In this document: one piece after another, positions 1 to 12,100 of the stretch
Position numbering within the stretch: position 1 is the stretch's first letter
How the letters are laid out: each line of letters starts with the position of its first letter
Source of the DNA: Basidiobolus meristosporus CBS 931.73
Lineage: Eukaryota > Fungi > Basidiobolomycota
Assembly: GCA_002104905.1 (NCBI GenBank)
Contig: MCFE01000014.1
Location: 124,001 to 188,000, forward strand
Length of the DNA stretch: 64,000 nucleotides
Reading direction: 5' to 3'
The notes under the pieces: model-generated
Seen by the model: only the letters and a program-made list of their open reading frames with translations
Databases searched by the model: none
What the model was told of the DNA's origin: nothing
Position numbers and translations under genes: made by a program

Positions 1-912
1 AATCTCTCTTTTTGAAACACTGGTCTGATGTGTGTCCTTTCCTTTTGCAGTAGTTGCAAAATAGGTTGCTGTTGTCTTTGTAGGTTTTTGGGTACCTCCT
101 TTGTTGGTTATCATTTCTTATAAAAGCATTTTCTTCTTCCTTATTCTGTTAATTGATTTTTTGTTTCTTCTCCTGGCTGCATCTTTGTAGAATAGAATTT
201 TTGTCTCAGATACATTTTCTTGGCAGCTGAACATGACTGGTAGGTGTCTTCTTATGCCCTCCAGGCATTTTTTGCTGTTTTTGCTCTTGAACATTGAGTT
301 AGCAATTGTCTTTAACATTAAGGCAAATGCAGTTAAAGGGACTTTATTCCTTCTTCTGTTACTTGAAGGCTTCCTCTCCCACATTTTTAGGGGGGCATTC
401 TTCTCCCATGACAATATCCCAAAGGCCTCTTTCTTGTAGCAGCATCTTCATTGTCACCTTCCACACTTGGTGGTTAGATCCATCCAACTTTTCAGCAGAG
501 CAAAAAATTCCAGTAATAGCAGTGGCAGACATTGCAGAGAGTGACACCTTGTGGTTCATAACCTGTTGTAAGAGTCTTGGAGATATTGGAAGTGAATGGG
601 AGGACAAGTAGACTATGTGGTTTTCACTTAATGATTTATTGAATGTAAAAGTAGTATTTACACTTTACATGATCTTGGCATAACAAGCATGTATAATAGG
701 CTAAGGAAGGTCCTAAAAGCATGTGTGCAAAGCTTGGGGCTGTTTGGACAACTTTGAGAATTTTCATGTGCTGGGTACCTAGTATTTTGGTGAGAATATT
801 TCAAGTAAATCCCAACAAGGAATTTGGTCAGTATTCTATAGGACTTGAAGGTGATGATCTAAGTGACTAAGTTTGGTGAATATTTAGGTGGAATTACAAA
901 TTCTTTACAACA
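1..912 (-). mobile_element. Ty1/Copia retrotransposon, 5' part (degenerate gag + PBS + 5' LTR 564-912); continues left of window
   Basis: LTR TGTTGTA...TACAACA at 564-912 is homologous to the other LTRs. PBS-like GGTTCATAACC at 553-563. Frameshifted gag matches the copies at 5.9-6.8 kb and 21.9-22.6 kb. Confidence 0.9.
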
Positions 913-1105
913 ATAGTGACCATCCGGAATAGCCCAACAGGCAAGTTTCAGGGCCTTCTATTAGCACCAGAGTCCAGAATTTGACCTTGAATTTCATATA
1001 TGGAAGACTCCTGCACAAAGTATTAAGAAAATTAAGTGCAAATAAGAAGGAAACAGAAAACACTTTAATAAGCAATGACAACCAACAAAGGAGATACCCA
1101 AGACC
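913..1105 (+). pseudogene. Copia gag fragment in opposite orientation
   Basis: The + strand decodes as IVTIRNSPTGKFQG...KLSANKKETENTLISNDNQQRRYPR, matching gag IVTILNSLTDKFQG...SSANKKEEENALISNDNQQRRYPRP of the intact copy. Confidence 0.8.
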
Positions 1106-1331
1106 TTTTATAGAATAGAAGCTTTACAAAGGATCTCCTTGGATAGACTGGGGAAGATAGTCCACAGTACTTGGTATAAATCCTCTTCAATATGACAAAA
1201 GGAAACTCAGTGATAGTGATGGGACTGATAAGATAAGACCATTCAAATGAATCAGTCATAATAAGATTGGTAGGTGATTGTGTAGAGGTGATTTGATTCA
1301 ATATGGCACAATCAGCTTAATTTATCTGGTT
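1106..1331 (-). pseudogene. Older PHIS/Pangu copy, left part: transposase 5' end (ATG 1259) plus promoter
   Basis: MTDSFEWSYLISPITITEFPFVILKRIYTKYCGLSSPVYPRRSFVKLL aligns with the transposase N-terminus at 16536 (MTYSSEWSFLINPITTTGFPFDTLEEIYSKYCGPSTPIYSRRSLVKLL). The upstream DNA is colinear with 16460-16535. Confidence 0.85.
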
Positions 1332-1336
1332 TTCCT

Positions 1337-1686
1337 TGTTGTAGGAGTTTTGGAGATATTGGAAGTGATTGGGAGAACAAGTAGATTATGTGGTTTTCAC
1401 TATATGATTTATTGAATGTAAAAGTAGTATTTATACTTTTATCTGGTCTTGGCATAAAAAGCACATAAAATAGGCTAAGGAAGGTCCCAAGAACATGTGT
1501 GCAAAGTTTGGGGCTGTTTGGACAACTTTGACAATTTTTCATGTTCTGGGTACCTGGTATTTTGGTGAAAATATTCTAAGTAAATCCCAACAAGGAATTT
1601 GGTCAGTATTCTCTAGGATTTGAAGGTAATGATCTAAGTGACTAAGTTAGGTGAATATTTAGGTGGAAATACAAATTTTTACAACA
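1337..1686 (-). repeat. 3' LTR of Copia copy 1
   Basis: TG...CA termini, adjacent to the PPT, 14 mismatches to the partner LTR. Confidence 0.95.
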
Positions 1687-1697
1687 CTCCCACTCAG

Positions 1698-4600
1698 CTA
1701 AATGTTCATACTGACTAGTCCTAATTTTGACCTAAGATATTCAAACTTGTCTCTAGCTAATGGTTTGGTAAATATGTCTGCAATCATTTCATCTGTAGGA
1801 CAGTAAACTAAGCTAACTAAGTTATTCTCTATAGCTTCACGTATGAAATGATGTCTAATATCTATGTGCTTGGTTTTGCATAAAAAGTTGGATTTCTACC
1901 TAATTGTATACATCCTTGATTATCTTGAAATAAAGTAATAGGCATTTTTTGACATAGGCCTAAATCTGTAAACAGCTTTCTTAACCACATTGCTTCTTTT
2001 GTAGCTTCACAGGCTGCCATATACTCTGCCTCTGTGGTGGAAAGTGCTACGGTTGGTTGCTTTCTTGAATTCCATGAAATTGCTCCTTTACAGTAAAGAA
2101 AAGTGTATCCTGTGGTGGATCTTCTGTCTTCTAAATTCCGTCCCCAATCTGCATCAGAGTATCCCACAAGATCTTGTTCTGAGTCCTTATAAGTGTATCT
2201 TAAGCAGATATCAGCAGTTCCTTTCAGGTATCTAAAAATCTGCTCAATTGCTGCAATATGATCAGATCCATAGTTCTGATTATGTTGGCTGACAACTCCC
2301 ACTGAATATGAGATATCTGGACGTGTTCCAAGCATGATATACATCAGACTGCCGATCATAGATTGACAAGGAAAGTTAGGGCTTTCAGATGGCACCAAGC
2401 TCTCTTGATTTGGTTGAGTTTTGACCAAGTTAAGGTTTGTCTCCATTGGGGTAGCTGCCGGTTTACAGTCTTCCATTTGGTACTTCTTTAGTATATCTTG
2501 AATATACTTGGACTGGCTTAGGGTGATTGTATGGGTACTTCTGTCTATGGAGAACTTAATCCCTATGTAGTAACTAAGTTCTCCCAAATCTTGAACTCCT
2601 TAGATAGGCCGGATTTAGTTTCTTCTAATGTTTCTAGGTTATTGGCGGCTATAATAAGATCATCCAGAAATATAGAGCTAATAGAACTGGATTTGCTCTA
2701 TCTGGCTTATAGTATATACTATAGTCAGCATTACTTCTTTTGAAACTCAGAGATTCCAAATAAGAATCTATGTTGCAATTCCAGGCTCTTGGTGATTGTT
2801 TGAGACCATATAGTGACTTTTTAAGCTTGCAGACCAAATGGGGGCTATCTTGGTCAACAAACCCATCAGGCTGGTCCATATACACGTCCTCATCAAGTTC
2901 TCCATTCAAAAATGCAGTTTTTACATCCATTTGATGAATAAAAAACTTATATTTGGCTGCAATAGCCAATGTTAATCTGATGGAATTAAACTTGGCTACC
3001 GGTCCAAAGGTCTCAGTATAGTCAAGTCCTTTTGTTTGAGAGTATCCTTTGGCTACAAGTCTTGCTTTGTATCTTTCAATTATACCATCAGCCTTGTATT
3101 TTGTCTTGAAGACCCATCTGCATCCAATTGATTTTTGGTCAATTGGTAATTTGACTAAGTCCCAAGTTTGATTTTCCATCAGTGCCTGATATTCCTCAGT
3201 CATTGCAGATCTCCAAAACTTTATCTGAGGGCTATTTAGGGCCTCTTTTACAGTCTGGGGTTCATCAATATGGACTGAATAGGCATAGGCTAAGTTAGTA
3301 CCCTCATTGATATAGTAATTTAGGCTATTTCTTGTCCAATTTGATCTCTGGGCATTTGATACTGGAATGATCACTTCTGGGATATTCCTGGGCACTGATT
3401 CTGGCTGAACCATGGTTGTAGAGTCCTCTGGAGTGAAAAAATTCTCATTGTTTTGCTCTGATTCAATCCTGACAATTGGTGGACTTGAGATCAAATTTTT
3501 GTCATCATCTGATGTCATTTTTTGTGAAAATTTTGAATTTTGATCAAACAACACATCCCTGGACTTGATAAGCTTTGTTGCTTTGGTATTGTAGAGTCTG
3601 TATGCCTTACTCTCATTGTAGTAGCCCAAAAATATGCATTTTACACTTTTTGGCTCAAATTTTGACTGATTTCCGGCCAATTTTTTGGCATATGCTGTAC
3701 ACCCAAATATTCTTAGATGTTCTGCACTTGGTCTGTATCCATACCATGCTTCAAATGGAGTAGAATCACAAAGTATTCTGTTATAACTCCTATTTTAAAG
3801 ATATACAGCAGTGGCAACTGATTCCGCCCAAAAATCATAGGATAATTTTTGATCATGGATCATAGATCTTGCCATATCAATTATTGATCTGTTAGCTTGT
3901 TCTGCTACTCCATTTTGCTGTGGGGAGTTGTGGTAATGGAAAGTATTCCATTACTACAATATCTCTAAACCAATATTGCACTCATTTCTTTATTTTGCTT
4001 TTTGCTATCATAACACACAAGTGAAAGATCAAGAATTTCAAACTTTGATGAGCAAATGCTCCAGACCCTGACAAGCAATCCACCCAAGAATATTATGTCA
4101 TACAGAACACATAGTAGCCAACACATGTTTCAAATTACAGCTCATTTGAAGCAGTACTTAAGGAGTAATGACCAAAAGAGTCCAACTATTATATATACTA
4201 TGCCTTATTGCTAGGATTCCTATGGTGACTTTGATTGCGTGTAGCTTTTGAACCAGCCAATCAAATCACGTGAAATTTTCACAGGTGCTGCGCCTATGTC
4301 CAATCTGCGCCACTGCAAATTTTAGCTTTGTATCAAGTGTATTGCTTGCGCAATTGCCCAAAAACTTTGATTCTTCAAAATTTTCATATATATGACTTCC
4401 CCAGCTGAAAAATAAAGAGAGAGCCTCTCTTTCCAGAATCTCCACACTACAATTACAAGTTTAAAGGTTATAAGACTTCCCCTGCATCACTTGCACTGTT
4501 GAGTATTCTGACTTTGATTGGTGCTACATCAGTAAAGAGACTGCAAAGCTCACAAGAATCCAATCTAAGTTCTACAAGAAACTACCACTTTTCTGTTGGA

Positions 4601-6762
4601 AAAGTCCCCTCTAAGAAACCCCGTTACTCTAAAGACACCCCTTTAGACACCCCTTTAGGTCTAAAGACCCCTTTAGTGACTTCTACAACACACCCCTTTA
4701 GGTTAAAGGGGAGTTCAGAATTTCCACATTAGGAAATATTTTCTCAGAAAGGAAAGTGACTTCCAAATAATGAAAATCTATCATAAAAGTAAATAAGCCC
4801 ATTAGTGAACAGAAGGTCAGAACACTGCTGTAGAAGTGATAAACACTGCCTACAGTATATTTTGAGCCCAAGATTGAGGAAATTAGTGAAAGTTATATCT
4901 TCTATTGGTATATCAAACTCCCAATAAACTATTTCAGTATTAGCATACTGGAAGTTGTTGTATATTGTTGATTAGCTTCTACATTGTAGAACAAGCCCCA
5001 AACTAATCACAATACACCACAACAGAGTATGGTACAGTAGTCTCTTGCTGTATCCCATGAATTTTGCAGAAGTGGATGAAGAGTTTTGAGGTATATTCTC
5101 CACCATTGTCAGAGCGTATTTTCTTGATTTTTTCACCAGTTTCTCTCTCCACCATGGCTTGAAACTCCCTGAACTTAGACAGAGCTTCTTCCTTTCTCTC
5201 CATGAAGTAGACCCAGGTGTATCTTGTATAATCATCAATAAAAGTGATTAAATACTTCATCCCGCCTAAGGATAAATTTTGCATTGGTCCACACAGATCT
5301 GAGTGAATTAGATCTAATTTTTTCTTAGTTTTGATTAACCCAGAGCTCTTGAACGGTTGTCTGGCTTGTTTCCCATATATGCAGGCTTCACAGTGCTCCA
5401 AATTAGCTGGGGGATCAATTTTCACTCCAGAAATTAGCTGATCTTTGATCATTTTACGCAAATAATCAAATTTGATGTGTCCAAATCTCCTGTGCCAAAG
5501 CATTGGTGTTTCTTCATTTAAGTTACTTATATTGGCTTCCAGATATGATGGAATATAAGTCAACTTGTATAGATTCTGATCTCTGATGCCCAAAGCAATA
5601 TGGGCACCATTTTGATCAGTGATCCTGCATCCAGAGTTGTCAAAACTGAAACTGAGTCCTTCTGCTGTGGCCTTACTTACAGAGAGTAGGTTCTTGGCTA
5701 TTTCTGTTACATAGAGTACTTCTTCAAAGGTCAGTGTATGGCTTCCTTCACTGCTTCTAGGGTTTACTTGGATAGTTCCTTCTCCCACCGCATCAAGTGT
5801 TCTATTGTCACCCATGAAAACCTTCTTAATTGGAATTTCTGATATTGGGTAAAAAGTTCTTATTGGTGTGTAAAGTGTTGAGAAGCTCCAGAGTCAATAT
5901 ATCATGTCTGAGAATCCTTGTTTGTGGTCATATTTAGTGCAGATATGAATAGTCTATCTTCAGTTGTTGCAGCATTTCCATATTCAGGCTTCTTTTGCTG
6001 ATAATCTCTCTTTTTGAGACACCGGTCTGATGTGTGTCCTTTCCTTTTGCAGTAGTTGCAAAATAGGTTGCTGTTGCCTTTGTAGGTTTTTGGGTACCTC
6101 CTTTGTTGGTTATCATTGCTTATAAAAACATTTTCTTCTTCCTTCTTATTGGCGCTTGATTTTCTTAATTCTTCATCCAGGAGCCTTCCATATACGTAAT
6201 TTAAGGTCAAATCTTCAGTTCTGGACTCTAGGGCTGATACAAGGCCCTGAAACTTGTCTGTCAGGCTATTCAGGATGGTAACTATCACATCCTCATCAGT
6301 AGTTGGTATGCCCACAGATTCCATCTCATCTACCAGCACGGTAATTCTGTTAATTAGATTTTTCATTTCTTCTCCTGGCAGCATCATTGTAGTAAAGAAT
6401 TTTCGTCTCAGATACATTTTCTTAGCAGCTGAACAAGACTGGTAGGTGTCTTCTAGTGCCTTCCAGGCATTCTTTGCCGTTTTTGCTCTTGAGCATTGAA
6501 TTAGCAATTTGTCCTTGACATTAAGGCAAATGCAGTTAAAGGCACTTTGTCCTTTCTTCTGGTACTTTAAGGCATCCTCTCCCACATTTTTAAGAGGGCA
6601 TTCTTCTCCCATGACAATATCTCAAAGGCCTCTTTCTTGTAGCAGCATCTTTATCTTCACCTTCCACACTTAGTAGTTAGATCCATCCAACTTTTCAGCA
6701 GAGGGAAAAATTCCAGTAATAGCAGTAGTAGACATTACAGAGAGTGACAGTTGGGGGCTCAT
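1698..6762 (-). pseudogene. Copia gag-pol polyprotein, disrupted
   Basis: CCHC knuckle (CNYCKRKGHTSDRC), integrase HHCC and D,D35E, RT QMDVKTAFL, RNase H YSDADW. Disrupted by TGG>TGA stops (near 5902 and 6625), frameshifts (near 1875 and 2590-2665) and the 3929-5024 insertion. Confidence 0.92.
3929..5024. mobile_element. 1096-bp solo-LTR-like insertion inside the Copia-1 integrase
   Basis: Absent from the homologous site in copy 2 (GGGGAGTATGG near 20899-20909). TG...CA ends, 4-bp TSD GAGT (3925-3928, 5025-5028), no coding capacity. Confidence 0.8.
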
Positions 6763-6766
6763 AACC
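6755..6766 (-). other. Primer-binding site for the tRNAi-Met anticodon arm (copia/Ty5-type half-tRNA priming)
   Basis: GGTTATGAGCCC directly abuts the LTR and is complementary to GGGCTCATAACC of eukaryotic initiator tRNA-Met. Confidence 0.85.
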
Positions 6767-7116
6767 TGTTGTAAGAGTCTTGGAGATATTGGAAGTGATT
6801 GGGAGAACAAGTAGATTATGTGGTTTTCACTTAATGATTTATTGAATGTAGAAGTAGTATTTATACTTTTACCTGGTCTTGGCATTACAAACACGTAGAA
6901 TAGGTTAAGGAAAGTCCCAAGAACATGTGTGCAAAGTTTGGGGCTGTTTGGACAACTTTGAGAATTTTTCATGTTCTGGGTACCTGGTATTTTGGTGAAA
7001 ATATTCTAAGTAAATCCCAACAAGGAATTTGGTCAGTATTCTCTAGGATTTGAAGGTAATGATCTAAGTGACTAAGTTAGGTGAATATTTAGGTGGAAAT
7101 ACAAATTTTTACAACA
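6767..7116 (-). repeat. 5' LTR of Copia copy 1
   Basis: TG...CA termini, next to the PBS. TATA-like TATAAATA and AATAAA in element sense. Confidence 0.95.
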
Positions 7117-7121
7117 TTCCT

Positions 7122-7975
7122 TGCATTATGATTAATTCTCCACCAATTCCCATGTTTCCCATCTTTATGTTGCAAAAATCATCTGCAAACAATGACTTGG
7201 TAATTTTATTAATGATTCACTCACAAATGTGTAATCAAATAGGAAATATGCAATTGATGTGATCAGATCCATGTCAATGCAATCCAAGATGCATCATAAA
7301 TAAAATATGGCAGCTCAACAATTACATTAGTTTTCATGTATATCTCATGTAAGACTAGATTGATGCCAATATACTACTGTATAAATATCCAAATCTGTGA
7401 ATATGGTCCCCTTACCATCCCCCAGCTCACAAGTGTGGTCTGGACTAGAAAAGTCAACATCAGATCTGTTTGAGTTGTTGCCTAATGATATTAGTGTTGC
7501 CTAAGTGTCTACAATGAGCCTTCATACAGATATTTGGGCACTACTGATTAATCTAATGGCCTGGATACTTCAGAGTGTTGAAAGAGCTGGAACAGTCTTG
7601 TAGGAAGCTGTATCAAGATGCCAGCATATATATGTAAGAAGATATATAACAAGTCAAGTATTGATATCAAGAATAAGTTGTGAGTGAGGGGATTTGATGA
7701 GGAAGCTGCACACAAACAATTCTGTGCACAATCTGCTTAGTACAGCCCAAATGCATCTATTTGTACCTCAACTTTGGGAACTAAGGAGATTTTGAATGAG
7801 TTTTTGCCTTAAATGACTGATGTACTGCATGATGTATTAGTAGTGCTAAGTGGCTTCCAAGTGCAATATACACACAACTCATCAAGGCAAAAGTTCCAAA
7901 GTATTAGACAAGGGTAACTGAATACCTTGAGGAATCAGAAGGTGAGCTTCAAGAGGAAGAATACAGACTGCAGGC
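7122..7975 (+). pseudogene. Older PHIS/Pangu copy, right part: divergent promoter plus decayed accessory ORF
   Basis: Colinear with the reverse complement of about 15555-16455 (e.g. ATGAGCCTTCATACAGATATTTGGGCACTACTGATTAATCTA is identical). CpGs are replaced by TG/CA. Confidence 0.88.
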
Positions 7976-8348
7976 TGTGAGTACTAAATGCAGTACCCAC
8001 TCTTTGCCCAAGAGTTCTCCCCAGAGTCTAACCCAAAGTCCCCCAGTATTCTCCCTATGATTCCCCCATGTCCCCTTCCTCCTATCCCTGCCCTTATCTA
8101 GTTAGAACACTTACCATAACAGGAAGGTGTTCACACCCCTATTTTATAGCACATTGTCTATTATCTAAGCCCCCAAGTGATATATATCTACCCAATTGAA
8201 CCAAGCAAGAGAACAAGGAGATTTGGGACAAACAAACACAAGTCTTTATTACCTTGCTACCTTCTATCAGAAGCTATTCTGAACCAAGTGGTACTGACTT
8301 GACCTACAAGCTCTCCCACTCATCAAGTACAGTCAGTAATAACCCACA
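7976..8348 (+). repeat. Candidate 5' LTR of the Gypsy element
   Basis: Starts TGTGAG exactly where homology to the old Pangu ORF stops and ends CCCACA 4 nt before the PBS. No second copy is available to confirm it. Confidence 0.55.
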
Positions 8349-8352
8349 TATT

Positions 8353-8370
8353 TGGTGCCATCTCTGCGGA
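8353..8370 (+). other. Primer-binding site, tRNA-His
   Basis: TGGTGCCATCTCTGCGGA. The first 12 nt are complementary to the GAGATGGCACCA 3' end of fungal (yeast) tRNA-His, and the remaining bases fit tRNA T-arm grammar (C61, Y60). Confidence 0.75.
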
Positions 8371-8389
8371 AATAAGCACAAGTGAGGTA

Positions 8390-9190
8390 ATGACTACTAC
8401 AATCAAACTAAAAACATACAAGGGAAAGAGAGAGAAAGCCCTTGAGTGGTTTGATAAGTTTGAGAGAGTTGCGGTTGATGCAGGATGGGGCAACAATAAG
8501 AAAGTAAGGGAGTTCACAAGACATATGGACGGGTCAGCATGGGAATGGCATTATGGGTTGGAAGATGCAGTTAAAGACTACTGGGATGCACTAGAAGAAG
8601 CCTACAAGACATGCTTTCTATATGCCAAAGGATACCACTACAAAGCCCTTCTACTGTCCTCACGGAAGAAAAGCAGTGGGAGCTATGAAGCCTACACTGA
8701 ACTGTTCCTCCAACAAGTTCAATGTCTCCCAAAGGACAAAATCGCCAAACAACAACTCATGAGGTATTACATCATGGGCTTAGACAACAAAATAAGACGT
8801 AGGGCATCCAAAGAACAACAGGGATGTAAAACACTGCAAGAGCTGGTCAAATGAGTGCAAGGGGTCATCTTAGCATTAGTCAAATGAGTAAGACAGGTTG
8901 TCTAGCTATAGGGGCTACCCTATAGTGATACAAATGATCAAAGGACAGGGATCCCCTGTAAGAAAGGAAAAAATGCCTTCCCAAAAGACCGTGAGTTAGA
9001 AGAACTATGGCAAAAGGTCCAAGAACTCTCAATCAACAATGTCCAAGAAGTCCCCAAAGAAAGTGATAAACTCTGGGAAGCTGTCTTAGATCTAAAGACC
9101 CAGGTACAAGCCCTGACCCAACAGATGGAACAACCGCAACAACAGTATCTGTGTTATGTGTGTGGAGAAGTAGGTCACCGGGCCCACAAA
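8390..9190 (+). pseudogene. Gypsy gag (retrotrans gag domain + degenerate CCHC knuckle)
   Basis: ALEWFDKFERVA...MDGSAWEWHY...WDALEEAY gag motif. CYVCGEVGHRAH knuckle near 9152-9190. Internal stops. Confidence 0.8.
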
Positions 9191-9191
9191 T

Positions 9192-12100
9192 TTGAAAAAC
9201 AGTACGGATGAGAAGCCATACAAGACACAAAAGAGAAGAAGGCATCAAAAGACAGAGTCTCTTGCAGGAGGCCAACAGGACTCAGTCAATCTAAGCCCTC
9301 TGGTCAGGACAGTCAAAGTGCGGAAGAAGAAGTGTCAACATGATGCTTCTAGAGAGGAGGCAAAGGAACCTGTAGTAGTGGTTCCGTCAAAAGGAAAGAA
9401 CGCGGAATTTGGTGAAGAAGTACGGAATGAGCCTTGGGAAGAAGTGTTAAAATGGACAAAGAACGCTAGCACGTCTTCCCATGGCCTATTCCCCATAATG
9501 AAGGTACTGGAGCAAACCAAGGCAACCCTCCCAATAACCAATTTACTGGGACTTGCCCTGGCTCTAGTCAAGGAACTGATAGAGGGATTGAAGGAGATAA
9601 CAACCCTTCATGTCAACCAGACGGTCCTGCAAAAGCCGAATAAAGGTACATACGTAAAGGTACATATAGAAAATAAGGAGATTCTTGCCCTTATCAACAC
9701 AGGATCCTCTACGTTGATCATGTCACAGTCATTAGCAAAACATCTAAAATTAGACATAGTCCCCAACAACACCATCCCAGTATGGCTAGCAAATGACCAA
9801 CTAGACACAATGGTAGGTGTGGTGCCTAATTGCCCCATCCGGCTAGGCAACTTGATAATACACCAAGATGTTGTGGTTCTACCTGTTGCTGCCAACAACT
9901 TACTCATTGGCAAGAGTTGGTTTATCCAACATAAGATGGATATACTTTACAGTGCATCTGAACTCAGGTGGGATACTGAGAGTATCCCACTGATTCATAT
10001 CACCAAGGAGAGTGAGGCGTGTAGCAACAGTGTGACAATCATAGAAGTAAAACCGTTGCAGTCTCCAATCATCACACAAAAGGTGATAAAAATACCACCC
10101 GCCAGTGAGACGGTGATCTCATTAGAGACACCAATAGCTTATTTGATGAGCGGAAGAATGATAACCGCAGCAAAGGCATCCAAGCAACTGGAAGGAATCT
10201 TGATCCGTAAAGTATGGATACCACTGAAATTTGAAATGCAAAGTCTTAAGTGCTTAGTGGTCAACAACGGGCGACACATGATGACATTGCCTAGAGGAGT
10301 ACCATTGTTAAACCTAGAGGAAGTTGACGGAAACAACCAAGGACTACCTACAAACAAGGAACCAGAAGAACTCCCCAAACTAGATGTGGACCCCGGTCTA
10401 CCGCCTGCATTACAAGACAAGTTCCTAGAAGGAATATGCCTGTTTGCCTGAGTATTCTCTAAGAACCAAATAATTGGTCATATACCTGGGGTATATCACC
10501 AAATCCACCTCACTGACAAATACCCCATCAAGCAAAAAGCCTATAGGAACTTGAAAATTGACACAGACTATATCAAAGAGACAATTGAAACTTTATTGAA
10601 AGACAACATCATTACAGAGAGCCAGTCTCCGTGGGCCTCCCCCATAGAGATAGTCCCAACAAAAGACGGAAAGCAACGCTTTTGCATTGACTACCAAAAA
10701 TTGAACACTGTCACCCAGAAGGATGTGTATCCACTACCGTGAATAGATGACCTGTTGGACAGATTAATCAGAGCTAAATATTTTAGCTCTCTTGACTTAA
10801 TCTCCGGGTATTGGCAAGTAGAAGTAGCCGTGGAAGATTGACCCAAAACCGCTTTTATAACATTGTTTGGATTATACAAATGGAACCGACTACCCTTTGG
10901 CTTGTGCAATGCCCCCGCTACGTTCCAAAGGATGATTGACAAGGTGCTAGGAAATCTATGATGGGAATGCGCTCTTGTGTATCTGGACAACATCACAGTA
11001 TATTCCCCCAATGTAGAAGCACATATACACAACGTGCAACATATCCTAACAGCCCTCCTCAAGAACCAACTCAAACTACATCCAAAGAAGTGCCATTTCC
11101 TGTATACAAAATTGTTGTTCCTGGGCCACAAGATCTTGGCAGATGGAATATACCCATCTACTTCACTCCTGAAAGCCATTCAAGATACACCCGCACCAAA
11201 GGATATTAATGCAGTGTTGGGATTCCTAGGATTAGCTGGCTACTATTGCCGCTTTGTCAAAAACTTTGCAATGATAGCAGCCCCTCTATACAAATTGACG
11301 CAAAAAGGCCAGTGTTTTGTATGGTTGGAGCCTCAAAAGAGAGCATTTGATCAGCTGAAACTTTGCCTGACGTCACCGCCAGTGTTACGTTTTCCCAATT
11401 GGGATGCAAGATTTTTTATTAACTGTGATGGAAGTCTTGCCGGTATAGGCGCTGTACTGGGACAATACCACCAACCCGGCAAATTCCACCCAATTGGTTA
11501 CATGAGCTGTTTGTTAAACAAACACAAACATCACTACCCCGTTACCAAGATAGAATGTCTGGCTGTTGTTTATTCAATTAAACAATTCCACACATACATA
11601 CATGGTTGCCAATTCACAATAGTAACAGACCACAGCACACTGGTCTGGCTGATGAAAACTAAAGACTTTACCAGTCAAGTAGCACATTGGGCCCTCCAAC
11701 TACAAGAATACAACTTCAAAGTAATTCATTGCGCTGGCAAGAAACACCAGGACGCAGACTTCCTCAGTTGCTATCCTGTTTGCCAAGTACGCGTCAGCAA
11801 TGACTACAAAGATGTAATCTGCTTTAAAAGAGGAGGGAAGTATCCCAAACACGTTGTTACAAACAAGCAGAAGAGAGACTTTTGAAAGAAATGGTGCCAG
11901 TACAAAGTACAAGAAAACCAATTATGGTTCCTCCAAGGACAGTTCAGAGTTGAGGTACCCCCAATAACTGCCTGCAAAGAAATCATACAAGAAAGACATA
12001 TGTCATTAGGACATGCTAACCCTCTAATGACATACAAGATGTTAAGAAAGACGTTTTATTGGAAAAAAATGATGACCAATGTTGTGAATACACTATGAAG

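Larger units (their letters stand above)
1337..7116 (-). mobile_element. Full-length Ty1/Copia retrotransposon copy 1 (inactivated)
   Basis: 350-bp LTRs at 1337-1686 and 6767-7116. 5-bp TSD TTCCT (1332-1336, 7117-7121). PPT AGTGGGAG (1687-1694). PBS 6755-6766. gag-PR-IN-RT-RH order. Confidence 0.95.

Noticed and set aside
4635-4711. CCCCTTTAG repeats as an interstitial telomere or CRISPR-like array
   Set aside because: Not the complement of known telomere units, and the spacing is irregular without unique spacers. Treated as LTR-internal repeats.
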